Part shown: positions 48,781-58,466 of the stretch, in pieces
Layout of the letters: every line of letters starts with the position of its first letter
How positions within the stretch are numbered: the first letter of the stretch is position 1
Assembly: GCA_964566925.1 (NCBI GenBank)
Contig: CAZMIZ010000001.1
Location: 71,248-135,247 of the forward strand
From: an uncultured Gammaproteobacteria bacterium
GTDB taxonomy: Bacteria; Patescibacteriota; Microgenomatia; PFEM01; DATLAM01
DNA length: 64,000 bases
Reading direction: 5' to 3'
The notes under the pieces: model-generated
Told to the model about the DNA's origin: nothing
Seen by the model: only the letters and a program-made list of their open reading frames with translations
The model's database searches: none
Translations under genes and position numbers: made by a program

Positions 48781-50413
48781 TCTAAAGTCAACGCCAACCG
48801 ATCTCCCACAAGGAGACCCTTCCAGTCAGACTACTAATAAACCTTTAGGTGAAGGGGCGAGTGTCCCACCCCCTCCACCACCGCCACCGGTTAAACAAAC
48901 ACCACCATCACCTCCTCCTGCTAAATCATCTCTACCAATTCCGCCGAAAAAAGAGAAAGTTGATATTCCTTATCCTCCCCCACCCTCCAAGAGCGGTTCA
49001 AAGAAAAAACTAATGATGGGTCTTTTAACTCTCTTCATCATCATTTTCGGCGGCATCTCTATTATCACCGCTTGGAAATTGAGACAAACGGAAACGGTCA
49101 CTCCAGAAGAGGCTGAGGCGTGGGTAGGTGACCATTGCACAACTGATTGCGAATTTACGGTTGGCCCCGGAAAGTATGGATTTGAGGCGGCAGGAATGGG
49201 CACCAATGCAATCGCTGGCCCAAATGTGACTAAGACGGTTTCCGTTTCCATCCCCAACGGGACGACTCTCCATAGTGCCTATATTTTTTGGTCAGGCGAA
49301 GCTTATCCTCCTAATAATAACGACAGCGAGGTGATTATTAATGGTGTTTCTGTCAACGCCGGAAAGGCTTTCCATTGGTTTAACACCCGGTCTCCAAAAG
49401 ATTGGAAACGATATCATCAGTATGCTAATTTAGCCGAGATCCCCGAAGAAGCAATTAAGCAGACCTCCGGAAATATTACCTTTAAAGTTAAAGGTTTCGA
49501 CCCCTTACAAATGAACTTTGAGGATGAAACTATGAAGGTGCATAATCACGGTTTCGGGATTGTGGTTGTTTATACTGGACCAGAAGTCAGTAACAATAAA
49601 ATTGTTCTTCGTCTTTGGGGGGAATGGCTCTATCTTGCCTGCCCTCCTTTTGACACCCGAGACGAATGTGAAGGGCCTCGTTCAAAGATAATGGACATAG
49701 ATCTGTCGGGCTTAGACTCAACTCAACCTAATCAAAATAAGTTTGCCTTTTTCTTTGGCGAAGGGGAGAGATATCGAGGGCAATGTATCGACGAAGAAAT
49801 AAGGAAGCGCCCCAGCCATCTTTATTATAAAACCACCGGTGATTGGCAAAAGCTGAACGCCAACACGGGTATCAATACTCAACCTTGGCCAGCCTGTCCC
49901 TTACCGGAAAATGAACAACCAGGTGGCTGGTGGACTACTAGAATCACTGGAGTAAATTTAGACCCAATTACCCTGGCTGGAAACAAAATAAGATTTAATG
50001 CTGATTCCGCTTATCTTGCCAATGAAAATCCGACTGATGGTGAATCTTATACTTTTGTTGGTCTGGCGGCTCAATATCCAGTGGCCGGAGAAACACCTAC
50101 TCCCACCCCAGGGCCTCTAACCTGCCTTAGTCTTGAAGGAGAACCGGAATCCTTATCACCTGGCGATGAAATTACCCTAACCTGCACCGGCAGCAGTGAT
50201 CCGGCCCTACCGATTGATCATTTCGAATTTAGGGTCAGCAGTGATTCGGGGACGCCGGTGGAACTACCCTCAGTCTCGGCAACTAAAACTAATGGTGAAT
50301 GGGAAGGCACAACTACTTACGAAATTCCCGACTTTGCTTGTTATGATTTTGAATGTCGGGCTTGTAGAAGCAGTGATTCCTCAGAGTGCACTGAATGGGG
50401 TCAAGCCCAATAG
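48773..50413 (+). CDS. Bitopic surface protein: Pro-rich N-tail, TM, Cys-containing beta domains
   Basis: Poly-P N-terminus, TM, AYIFWSG beta-sandwich, Cys-rich C-terminal module. Confidence 0.75.
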   Translation: MDDLKSTPTDLPQGDPSSQTTNKPLGEGASVPPPPPPPPVKQTPPSPPPAKSSLPIPPKKEKVDIPYPPPPSKSGSKKKLMMGLLTLFIIIFGGISIITAWKLRQTETVTPEEAEAWVGDHCTTDCEFTVGPGKYGFEAAGMGTNAIAGPNVTKTVSVSIPNGTTLHSAYIFWSGEAYPPNNNDSEVIINGVSVNAGKAFHWFNTRSPKDWKRYHQYANLAEIPEEAIKQTSGNITFKVKGFDPLQMNFEDETMKVHNHGFGIVVVYTGPEVSNNKIVLRLWGEWLYLACPPFDTRDECEGPRSKIMDIDLSGLDSTQPNQNKFAFFFGEGERYRGQCIDEEIRKRPSHLYYKTTGDWQKLNANTGINTQPWPACPLPENEQPGGWWTTRITGVNLDPITLAGNKIRFNADSAYLANENPTDGESYTFVGLAAQYPVAGETPTPTPGPLTCLSLEGEPESLSPGDEITLTCTGSSDPALPIDHFEFRVSSDSGTPVELPSVSATKTNGEWEGTTTYEIPDFACYDFECRACRSSDSSECTEWGQAQ

Positions 50414-50416
50414 TTT

Positions 50417-51034
50417 ATGGAAAATTTAAAGAAAAATTGGCTTTTAATTCTAACTGGGGCAACCACCGTTGTTTTGGGAATGATTGCGGTGGTCACCGCC
50501 ATTAAGCTTTATCAAATCGGAAAAGAACCAGTGGCCCCCACTGCCCCAGCCCCAGCCCCAGCTCAAGAAATAACCCCGACTCCTGAGTTGCCTTGTACCT
50601 ATAGTTTTTGTCTTGCTAGCCCAACCCCCACCGAAACCCCAACCGAAACACCAACCGAGACGCCAACGGAGACGCCAACTTCAACCCCTATTCCTGAATG
50701 TTGGGACACCTGTGAAAATGATGATGACTGTCCTGATGAATTGAGCTGTGAAGAGGTGGAAACAGATGTTTTCCGCTGCGCTAATCCTGATTGTCCTGAA
50801 GAAGAAGACTGTGAATGTCCAACCGAAACACCAACCGAGACGCCGACGGAAACCCCGACAGGAACAGTGACCGAAACCCCAACCGAGACGCCGACAGGAA
50901 CAATAGTGTCGACCGCGACACCCACTTATGTTGCTGAAGCTGAACTGCCTGAAGCGGGTATCAGCTGGCCCACTATCGGTGGCCTACTTGGAGGCGTTCT
51001 CATTCTCGTCATTTCTATTCTCCTTGCCTTCTAA
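50417..51034 (+). CDS. TPTE-repeat, Cys-rich surface protein with LPEAG sorting-like signal
   Basis: N-terminal TM, (TPTE)n, CWDTC...CEC module, LPEAG-TM. Confidence 0.8.
   Translation: MENLKKNWLLILTGATTVVLGMIAVVTAIKLYQIGKEPVAPTAPAPAPAQEITPTPELPCTYSFCLASPTPTETPTETPTETPTETPTSTPIPECWDTCENDDDCPDELSCEEVETDVFRCANPDCPEEEDCECPTETPTETPTETPTGTVTETPTETPTGTIVSTATPTYVAEAELPEAGISWPTIGGLLGGVLILVISILLAF
50620..50900 (+). repeat. Two blocks of 12-bp coding tandem repeats (CCAACCGARACN; Pro-Thr-Glu-Thr)
   Basis: Blocks at about 50620-50680 and 50818-50900. Confidence 0.8.
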
Positions 51035-51063
51035 AATTAACTCTAAGATGCTAAAATTCAGCC

Positions 51064-52311
51064 ATGAGGGTGGCTATTGTTGGTGGCGGCTTTACTGGTT
51101 TAACGATCGCCTATCGACTTTCACAAAAAAGTCATCAGGTGGTTATCTTTGAAAAGGAAAGTCAAGTTGGCGGTCTAGCTAGCGGGTTTAAAAAGAGGGG
51201 CTGGGAATGGTCACTTGAGAAGTTTTTCCATCACCTTTTTACTTCGGATCAAGCAACCAAAGATTTAATTCAAGATTTAGGGCTTAACAAAAAGCTTTTC
51301 TATCTCCGGCCTAAAACTTCAATTTTCAAAAACGACAAAATTTTTCAGTTCGACTCACCCCTTTCTCTCTTAACTTCTCCTGATCTTTCAGTTTTAGAAA
51401 GAATGAGGGCTGGTTTAGCTCTGGCCTATCTCAAAACAACCCCCTTCTGGCAACCCCTAGAAAAAACGACTGCTTCTGCTTGGCTAACCAGAAACATGGG
51501 CAAAAACGCTTATCAGACCCTTTGGCAACCCCTGCTCCAAGGAAAATTCGGCGAGCTGGCTAACCAAATCCCTGCTTCCTGGTTTTGGGCGAGAATCAAG
51601 AAAAGAAGCACCAAGCTCGGCTATCTTCAGGGCGGCTTTCAGATTTTAATAGATAAACTAGCTGAAAGGGTGGAAAAAAACGGCGGGAAAATCTTCCTCA
51701 ATCATGAAGTTAAAAACCTTGAAGAGCTTAACAATTTTGACCAGATCATTATCACTGTCCCCGAAGAAACATTTTTAAAAATCACTTCTAATTTACCTAA
51801 AGATTATCAAAGCCAGCTGAAAAACTTTAAAATGTTAGGGGCGCTTAACCTGGTCTTAGTTCTAAAGGAAAGGTTTCTAACCGACAAGACCTACTGGCTG
51901 AATATCAACGAAGCGGAATTCCCTTTTGTGGCCGTAGTCGAACACACTAACTTCATTGACCCGAAATATTATGATGGTCAGAGAATCCTTTATGTTGGCG
52001 GCTATTATCCTCAAAATCACCGCTATCTTAACGCGAAAAAGGAACAAATTTTTAAGGAGTGGTTGCCTTATCTCCAAAAAATCAATCCTAAATTTAGCCA
52101 CCGCTCGACTCTCGCTTCTTATCTTTCAGTTAGTTTATTCGCTCAACCGGTTATCCCGATTAACTACTCAAAAACCATTCCTCAATTCAAAACACCTCTC
52201 CCCAATGTTTATCTAGCCAACATGCAAATGGTCTACCCTTGGGATCGGGGAGTCAATTATGCAATCGAGCTCGGAAAGAGGGCAGCTAATGAAATTCTCA
52301 AAGAAATTTAA
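51064..52311 (+). CDS. FAD-dependent oxidoreductase (amine oxidase/HemY-like fold)
   Basis: IVGGGFTG, EKESQVGG, YPWDRG; first gene of a GT-C operon. Confidence 0.85.
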   Translation: MRVAIVGGGFTGLTIAYRLSQKSHQVVIFEKESQVGGLASGFKKRGWEWSLEKFFHHLFTSDQATKDLIQDLGLNKKLFYLRPKTSIFKNDKIFQFDSPLSLLTSPDLSVLERMRAGLALAYLKTTPFWQPLEKTTASAWLTRNMGKNAYQTLWQPLLQGKFGELANQIPASWFWARIKKRSTKLGYLQGGFQILIDKLAERVEKNGGKIFLNHEVKNLEELNNFDQIIITVPEETFLKITSNLPKDYQSQLKNFKMLGALNLVLVLKERFLTDKTYWLNINEAEFPFVAVVEHTNFIDPKYYDGQRILYVGGYYPQNHRYLNAKKEQIFKEWLPYLQKINPKFSHRSTLASYLSVSLFAQPVIPINYSKTIPQFKTPLPNVYLANMQMVYPWDRGVNYAIELGKRAANEILKEI

Positions 52312-53962
52312 AAAAGGGTTAGCTTTTTTTAAAAAAAATTGGCCCGAGATAGTTCTCATTCTTATCTTCTTTCTTTTCTCTTGGTGGTTAATGTGGCACA
52401 CCTTTAATTATAAAGAGGGAACTATTTACGTTGCCTCAAAAGCTTGGAGCGACTTCGCCGCCAACATTCCTTTAATCCGCTCTTTTTCCTGGGGAAATAA
52501 TTTCCCCCCCGAATACCCTCTTTTCCCAGGCGAGCCAATCCGCTATCACTTTCTTTTCTATCTCTTGGTTGGTTTTCTAGAAAAAGTCCATCTTCCTCTT
52601 AGTTGGGCCTTAAACTTGCCTAGCTTCGTCGGGCTTGGGAGTCTCCTAGCGATGATTTATTTTTTCTCTAAATTTCTTTTTAAAAAACGAGGCGTGGCCT
52701 GCCTATCGGTCTTCTTCTTCCTTTTTAATGGCTCGCTTTCTTTCTTAGAATTCTTTCGTCAGCAACCTCTCTCTCTAGTCACGCCGTTGGAAATAATAGC
52801 CAATAAACAGTTTCCTTCTTTTGGGCCTTACGATGGTAAAATAGTCAGTGCCTTCTGGAACCTTAATATCTTTACTAATCAACGCCATCTAGCCGGTGCC
52901 TATACTCTTACTCTTTTTGTTGTCTATCTTCTGGTTCGCTCAGCCAAAACTAAAAAACGGCTGTCTTCTTGGCAAATTTTGATTTCAGGAATCATCTTTG
53001 GGCTACTTCCCTTTTACCACAAAGCTGTCTTCTTAATGTTGGGGGTAATCATGGTTTGGCTTTCGCTATGCCTTCCTAAATTGCGACCGTCAATCTTTTT
53101 CAGTTTAATGATTGGTGGTATTTTAGCCCTCCCTCAGGTCCTTTATCAGTTAAAGGGTACTCAGTCATTTTTCGTAATCAACCCCGGCTATTTAGTTGAT
53201 CGGCCTTTAACTATTCCTAAATTTCTTACTTATTGGTTTTTCAATCTTGGTTTAGGGATGTTTTTGATCCCGCTTGGTTTTCTTTTTTCAAAAAAAATTG
53301 CCAAAAAAATCCTAGCCGGCTTTTTTCTCCTGTTTCTAATTGGTAATTTATTCCAATTCTCTCCGGAGATGGCGGCTAACCATAAATTTTTCAACCTCTT
53401 TTTGATTGTCGGCAATATGTTCTCTGCTTGGGCGATCTATCATCTTTGGCGAAAAAATATCTTAGGAAAATCCCTGGTACCCATCCTGGTTTTCTTGCTT
53501 ATCTTTTCTGGAATGATTGACTTTTTCCCGATTAAAAACGATTCTCTGATGACCGTGGCTGATGCTCCAAAAAACCCGGATATCTTTTGGATTAAAGAAA
53601 ACACTCCGCCTGATGCTATTTTTTTAAACTCCTCTTATATCTATCATCCAGCCAGTTTGGCTGGCCGAAAAATTTTTCTTGGCTGGCCTTATTTTGCTTG
53701 GTCAGCTGGCTATGATACCTATCAACGGGATAAGCTAATAAAAGAGCTCTTCCAAGGGAAAAGCCAACTGGCCATCTGTTCTCAGCTCTTAGAAAATAAA
53801 ATCGACTACCTCGCTCTGGGGGCGAAAGGGAAAACTGATCTTCCCGTTAATTTTTCCTTTTTTGAAAAAAACTTTATTCCGGTCTATCAAAACCAAGAAA
53901 CCGAGTTAAGGATTTTCTCGGTTAACCAAAGTTGTTATCATTTTTCAAAGCAAGATGAATAA
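52289..53962 (+). CDS. GT-C-type polytopic glycosyltransferase
   Basis: WSD loop, PPEYP, RYHF, many TMs, WIKENTP...LAGRK C-terminal domain. Confidence 0.7.
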   Translation: MKFSKKFKKGLAFFKKNWPEIVLILIFFLFSWWLMWHTFNYKEGTIYVASKAWSDFAANIPLIRSFSWGNNFPPEYPLFPGEPIRYHFLFYLLVGFLEKVHLPLSWALNLPSFVGLGSLLAMIYFFSKFLFKKRGVACLSVFFFLFNGSLSFLEFFRQQPLSLVTPLEIIANKQFPSFGPYDGKIVSAFWNLNIFTNQRHLAGAYTLTLFVVYLLVRSAKTKKRLSSWQILISGIIFGLLPFYHKAVFLMLGVIMVWLSLCLPKLRPSIFFSLMIGGILALPQVLYQLKGTQSFFVINPGYLVDRPLTIPKFLTYWFFNLGLGMFLIPLGFLFSKKIAKKILAGFFLLFLIGNLFQFSPEMAANHKFFNLFLIVGNMFSAWAIYHLWRKNILGKSLVPILVFLLIFSGMIDFFPIKNDSLMTVADAPKNPDIFWIKENTPPDAIFLNSSYIYHPASLAGRKIFLGWPYFAWSAGYDTYQRDKLIKELFQGKSQLAICSQLLENKIDYLALGAKGKTDLPVNFSFFEKNFIPVYQNQETELRIFSVNQSCYHFSKQDE

Positions 53963-55361
53963 ACTCCTTTTCTTTTCTCTTTCGTTCTTCTCGGTTTTAT
54001 TCCTACCTTTCAGAGGAGCGCTTCCTTATTTGGATGGCAACATTGACTTTGTCCAGGTAAACGATTTTTACGCCGGTGGTCTCAGCCAATATTTTCAGAA
54101 CTGGAACACGGTTCATCCCCCTCTCAAACTTATCTTAACCACTGTTTTTTTTCAGTTAACCGGATTAAATCCGTCTAGCTACATTCTGGTCGGCTTTCTT
54201 TTTGGTTTTCTTGGAATCATCGCTCTTTTCGCCTTATCCCGAACCCTTTTTAACTCCCAGGTAGCCGGGCTAAGCGCTTTTTTTCTGGCGACCTCACCTT
54301 TGTTTCTGTCCACCGGAATTTTTAGTTTGCGAGACTATCTTTTAACTGTCCTGATTCTGATTTCTTTGGCTTTTTATTCCCAGAGTAAATTTCTTGGCTG
54401 CGCTTTGACTCTTTCTTTGGCTATCTTAACTAAGGAAACCGGCTTAATTTTAGCAGGGATTATCCTGGCGATCGAAGCTCTTTACTTTATTAAAGCGTTG
54501 ACTAGAACCAAGCGGTTCAATCAAGGTTTTCACCTTTTTCTTTTTTTCATTCCTTTTTTTACTATTTCGGCCTGGCAGTTTTTCTTAAAAGCCAACCAAA
54601 AGACTTCTTGGAGCGAATGGCTTTTTACTGAAACCAGCAGCCAGGGAACCTATCAAACGATCCTTAATAACTTGATTACCTTCCGTTTTTTAAATCAGTA
54701 CGCTTACCAACATTGGCGGCAATTGTTCTTTCTAAATTTTAATTGGGTTTACTGGCTGATCACTTTAGGGGGAATTTTTCTCTTTCTCTTAAATAAAAAT
54801 CGCCGTCAGAGGATCGGAAAAAACCTGATTAAAGGAACCAAAAAAGCCAAAACCCTGCTCGTTATCAGTTTGTTTTTCTTTGGTTATCTTTTGACGGTCT
54901 TGAGTCTCCAAACCTTTACCATTCCCCGATATGCTTTACCTTTAATCCCTTTTCTTTTAATGACCACCGCATTGATGATCAGCCGGCTAATGATTAAGGG
55001 GCCAGTCTTTAAATGTGGTCTTTCCATTTTCCTTAGTCTAATGGTTTTTTTCAGCTTGTTTACTTCGCTTGATCCAGTATCTGTCAGTCTCTGGGGAAAA
55101 ACAGAAATTTTAGGAGAAAAACTTTACGCCCTGAACCATCATTTGGCTGGCAATGACGGTATCACCTATAATGTTCAGTACCTTTTCTTGGTTAAAAAGC
55201 GAACTAGAGAAATTTTAGCAGCTAACGAGCAGGCAAGACCAGTGGTTTCCAAAGAATGCCGTTGGCTTTTCCCAGACCCAAGAAACGATCAAAAAATGAT
55301 AATAATTTTACAACTGAAAAACTTGAACCAAACTAATCTTTGCCTATCAGAAAATGAATAG
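53955..55361 (+). CDS. GT-C glycosyltransferase (PMT_2/ArnT-like)
   Basis: HPPL, LAILTKETG, PRYALP; many TMs. Confidence 0.75.
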   Translation: MNKLLFFSLSFFSVLFLPFRGALPYLDGNIDFVQVNDFYAGGLSQYFQNWNTVHPPLKLILTTVFFQLTGLNPSSYILVGFLFGFLGIIALFALSRTLFNSQVAGLSAFFLATSPLFLSTGIFSLRDYLLTVLILISLAFYSQSKFLGCALTLSLAILTKETGLILAGIILAIEALYFIKALTRTKRFNQGFHLFLFFIPFFTISAWQFFLKANQKTSWSEWLFTETSSQGTYQTILNNLITFRFLNQYAYQHWRQLFFLNFNWVYWLITLGGIFLFLLNKNRRQRIGKNLIKGTKKAKTLLVISLFFFGYLLTVLSLQTFTIPRYALPLIPFLLMTTALMISRLMIKGPVFKCGLSIFLSLMVFFSLFTSLDPVSVSLWGKTEILGEKLYALNHHLAGNDGITYNVQYLFLVKKRTREILAANEQARPVVSKECRWLFPDPRNDQKMIIILQLKNLNQTNLCLSENE

Positions 55362-57378
55362 CGATTTAATGATTGTTTTCTTTTGGTGGTTTTTACTTTT
55401 TATCCTGGGAATGGCTTTCCTTCCCTTAACTTTCCTTATCTTTCAAAAATTTTTAGATAAAGGCTATGCTTTTAGTAAGATCATTGGCCTTCTTTTTATC
55501 TCTTATTTTGTCTGGCTTTTGGGAAGCCTTAAAATCTTCCCCTTTTTCTCAGCCACTGCTTGGTTAATGGTGATTCTCTCCGTCATCGGCAACCTTTTTT
55601 TGCTTCAAAAAAACCGTCGTCTGTTCAGAAAGTTTTTCAGAGAAAGTGCGAAGATCTTCTTTTTTGAAGAAATTCTCTTTCTTTCTGCCTTAACTTTCTG
55701 GGCCTATATTCGCAGTTTCCAACCTAGCATTCAGGGGTTGGAAAAATTCATGGATTTTGGCTTTGTCAATTCTCTTCTCCGGACTCGCTTTTTCCCTCCC
55801 GCCGATATGTGGTTGGCTGGTGAAACCATTAACTATTACTATTTTGGTCATTTAATAAGTGCCGTTCTCACTAAATTATCAGGACTCAACCCCGCTCTTA
55901 CCTATAATCTAATGATCGCCACCCTATTTGCTTTTACCTTCACGGCTGGATTTTCCCTGGGGAGTGCCTTCGCTAGTCAGCTGAAGTTAAAGAAAAAGCG
56001 TCTTTTTCTGAGCGGAATAATGACTGCCCTTCTCCTCTCTTTAGGCGGCAACTTACACCCACTATATTATTGGTTTACTCATCAGGGTTTCGGTGGTTAT
56101 TGGTATCCTGACGCCACTAGATTTATTGTGGAAAAATTTGGGGCCATCGACAATACCATTCATGAATTCCCTTTGTACAGCTTCGTCGTTGCCGATCTGC
56201 ACGGGCATTTGATTAATCTACCCAATGTTCTCTTGATGCTGGCTTTAGCTTTTGTCATCAGTCAAAATCTGGACACCAAGAAAAAAATGATTGAGTTAAA
56301 ACGGGCAATTTTTCTTCTCGCCTTCTGTTTGGCAATCGCTTTCATGACTAATGCCTGGGACTATCCTATTTATCTTTTAGTCGCTGGGGGCGTCATTTTA
56401 CTCTTTAATTGGTTAAAGTGGCCCTGGAGAAAAGCTCTCATTAGGACAACGACCATTGGTTCTTTTTTGGTAGCTGGCAGCATTCTTTTTACCCTCCCTT
56501 TTCACCTTCATTTTAAAAGTATTGCCCAAGGGGTTGGTTTGGTTGATTTCCATTCTCCTCCCTGGATGCTTTTGGTTCTTTGGGGATTCCCTTTAACTAT
56601 CAGCCTAACTTTTTTGGTTTTCCTTTATTGGCAAAAAAGAAAACACCAATCAACTGATTATTTTATCCTCGTTCTTCTGGTTGTTTCCTGGTTTTTAATT
56701 CTCATTCCGGAGTTTGTTTATGTCAAAGATATCTACATTCATTCCCATCAACGAGCTAACACCGTGTTTAAGCTTACCTACCAAGCCTTCGTCATGTTCT
56801 CCTTGGCCGGGGGCTATGTCTTCATTAGAGCTCTCACCAGTCTTCGGCTTAAACTGAGGAGGTTCTTCTTCTTAATCATCTATTCATTCCTTTTGATTCC
56901 CATCTTTATTTATCCCTATTTTGCCATCCGCTCTTACTATAATCTTAAAAACTATCAAGGTCTTTACGGTCTCTCTTATCTTAAAACCAAATATTCCCAT
57001 GATTATCAGGCAATTCTTTGGTTAAATCAAAACGTTAAGGGCCAACCAGTTTTGGTGGAGGCTGTTGGCGAGAGCTACACTGACTTTGCTCGAGTTTCTG
57101 CTAATACTGGTTTGCCTGCGGTTTTGGGCTGGCGGGTTCATGAATGGCTCTGGCGCAGTTCCTTTGATGAACCGGGAAAAAGGACTGAAGAAATCCGCCA
57201 AATCTACGAGTCAGAAAGTTTAGAAGAAACCAAAAATCTCTTAGAAAAATATCAAGTCGAATATCTTTTTCTGGGAAGTTTAGAGAGAGAACAATACCCC
57301 CATCTTATAGAAGAAAAATTTGTCTGGCTGGGTAAGATGGTCTTTTCTTCAGGACCAACAAAAATCTACCAATTCTAG
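55354..57378 (+). CDS. DUF2298 / Chlor_Arch_YYY-type membrane protein (putative GT-C)
   Basis: EKFMD, INYYYFGH, HEFP, DLHGH, NAWD, NTVFK, HEWLWR. Confidence 0.85.
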   Translation: MNSDLMIVFFWWFLLFILGMAFLPLTFLIFQKFLDKGYAFSKIIGLLFISYFVWLLGSLKIFPFFSATAWLMVILSVIGNLFLLQKNRRLFRKFFRESAKIFFFEEILFLSALTFWAYIRSFQPSIQGLEKFMDFGFVNSLLRTRFFPPADMWLAGETINYYYFGHLISAVLTKLSGLNPALTYNLMIATLFAFTFTAGFSLGSAFASQLKLKKKRLFLSGIMTALLLSLGGNLHPLYYWFTHQGFGGYWYPDATRFIVEKFGAIDNTIHEFPLYSFVVADLHGHLINLPNVLLMLALAFVISQNLDTKKKMIELKRAIFLLAFCLAIAFMTNAWDYPIYLLVAGGVILLFNWLKWPWRKALIRTTTIGSFLVAGSILFTLPFHLHFKSIAQGVGLVDFHSPPWMLLVLWGFPLTISLTFLVFLYWQKRKHQSTDYFILVLLVVSWFLILIPEFVYVKDIYIHSHQRANTVFKLTYQAFVMFSLAGGYVFIRALTSLRLKLRRFFFLIIYSFLLIPIFIYPYFAIRSYYNLKNYQGLYGLSYLKTKYSHDYQAILWLNQNVKGQPVLVEAVGESYTDFARVSANTGLPAVLGWRVHEWLWRSSFDEPGKRTEEIRQIYESESLEETKNLLEKYQVEYLFLGSLEREQYPHLIEEKFVWLGKMVFSSGPTKIYQF

Positions 57379-58460
57379 AGATCGCCTTTAATCAAGCCTG
57401 CCACAAAATCATGAACTTCTTCCCAGTTTCCACTCCGAGGCACTAAAACCCACTGACCGTCGTATTGATAAACCGGAGGATTAATTAAATAACCTTCTTC
57501 CTCCTCGGTGCCGCCATCTAAAACCTCTGTTCGTAAATTGTCTTGATTGAAACCTAAAATCAATTTAATAAAGCTGCCATATTCTGACTGGCTGATGTCC
57601 GTGTCAAAGCTATCACCAAAAACGTTCACCAGCTCAGCAATCCTTTTGGGGTTTAAGAGGGTTTGACTGGATAAAATTTTGTCTTTTAGAGCCAAAAGGA
57701 GTCTTTGCTGGCGTCGGGAGCGAGCAAAATCGGTTCCCTCATCACCCTCGGCGTTACGGCTCCGAACATACTTTAAGGCTCTTTCTCCATCCATCAATTG
57801 CTTGCCGGCGTCAAAATGAAGATATTCATAGCGGAGCTCTTCTGGTTCAGCCTCTTCCATTCCTGGAATAGGGTATTTATAGTCATCGAAAGTTCTTTCC
57901 ACTTCGATCTCAACCCCACCCAAAAGATCAATTGCCTTTTTAAAACCCTCAAAATTAATGAGAATCGCATAATGAACCGGCTGGTCCAGAATTTCAGAAA
58001 CCGCTCCTTTAGCTAAAACTAAACCGCCTCCTGACCGCTTTTCTTCGCCATAATGATAGGCAGTATTAATTTTGGCTCTCATGGAAGGAATCCAAATATC
58101 ACGGGGAAGCGAAAGCATTAAAGTATCACCTGTCGCCAGGTCAGTAGAAATAAAAATGATCGTGTCGGTTAAGTCAATTCCTTCATGACCAGCGCCCCCT
58201 GCTCCCAATAAAAGAATGTTTGTCCGGCCATCTGCTGAAGCTAAATCATGAGGGCTTTGGGTAAAAAGTGAAATGACAGCCGCTGGACCTTTAACCAAGG
58301 CGCCAAGAAAACGAAAAGCTGGCCGGGCCAATTGATAAAGGCCCATCGCTAAAATCAAGATGACCAAAATGGCTAAAAATCCTCTTATCAGAGGCAGATG
58401 TTTAGCCAACCGGCGCTTTATCTTAGAAAAAAACAAAGATGTTCGAGAATGGCGAACCAT
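57375..58460 (-). CDS. LCP (LytR-CpsA-Psr) family transferase
   Basis: TDTI, SLPRDIW, KINTAY, YVRSR, DFARSRRQQ. Confidence 0.93.
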   Translation of the reverse strand: MVRHSRTSLFFSKIKRRLAKHLPLIRGFLAILVILILAMGLYQLARPAFRFLGALVKGPAAVISLFTQSPHDLASADGRTNILLLGAGGAGHEGIDLTDTIIFISTDLATGDTLMLSLPRDIWIPSMRAKINTAYHYGEEKRSGGGLVLAKGAVSEILDQPVHYAILINFEGFKKAIDLLGGVEIEVERTFDDYKYPIPGMEEAEPEELRYEYLHFDAGKQLMDGERALKYVRSRNAEGDEGTDFARSRRQQRLLLALKDKILSSQTLLNPKRIAELVNVFGDSFDTDISQSEYGSFIKLILGFNQDNLRTEVLDGGTEEEEGYLINPPVYQYDGQWVLVPRSGNWEEVHDFVAGLIKGDL

Positions 58461-58466
58461 GATAGA

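Noticed and set aside
40370-50900. CRISPR-like repeats
   Set aside because: The repeats are coding Pro/Thr linkers with no unique spacers, and there are no cas genes
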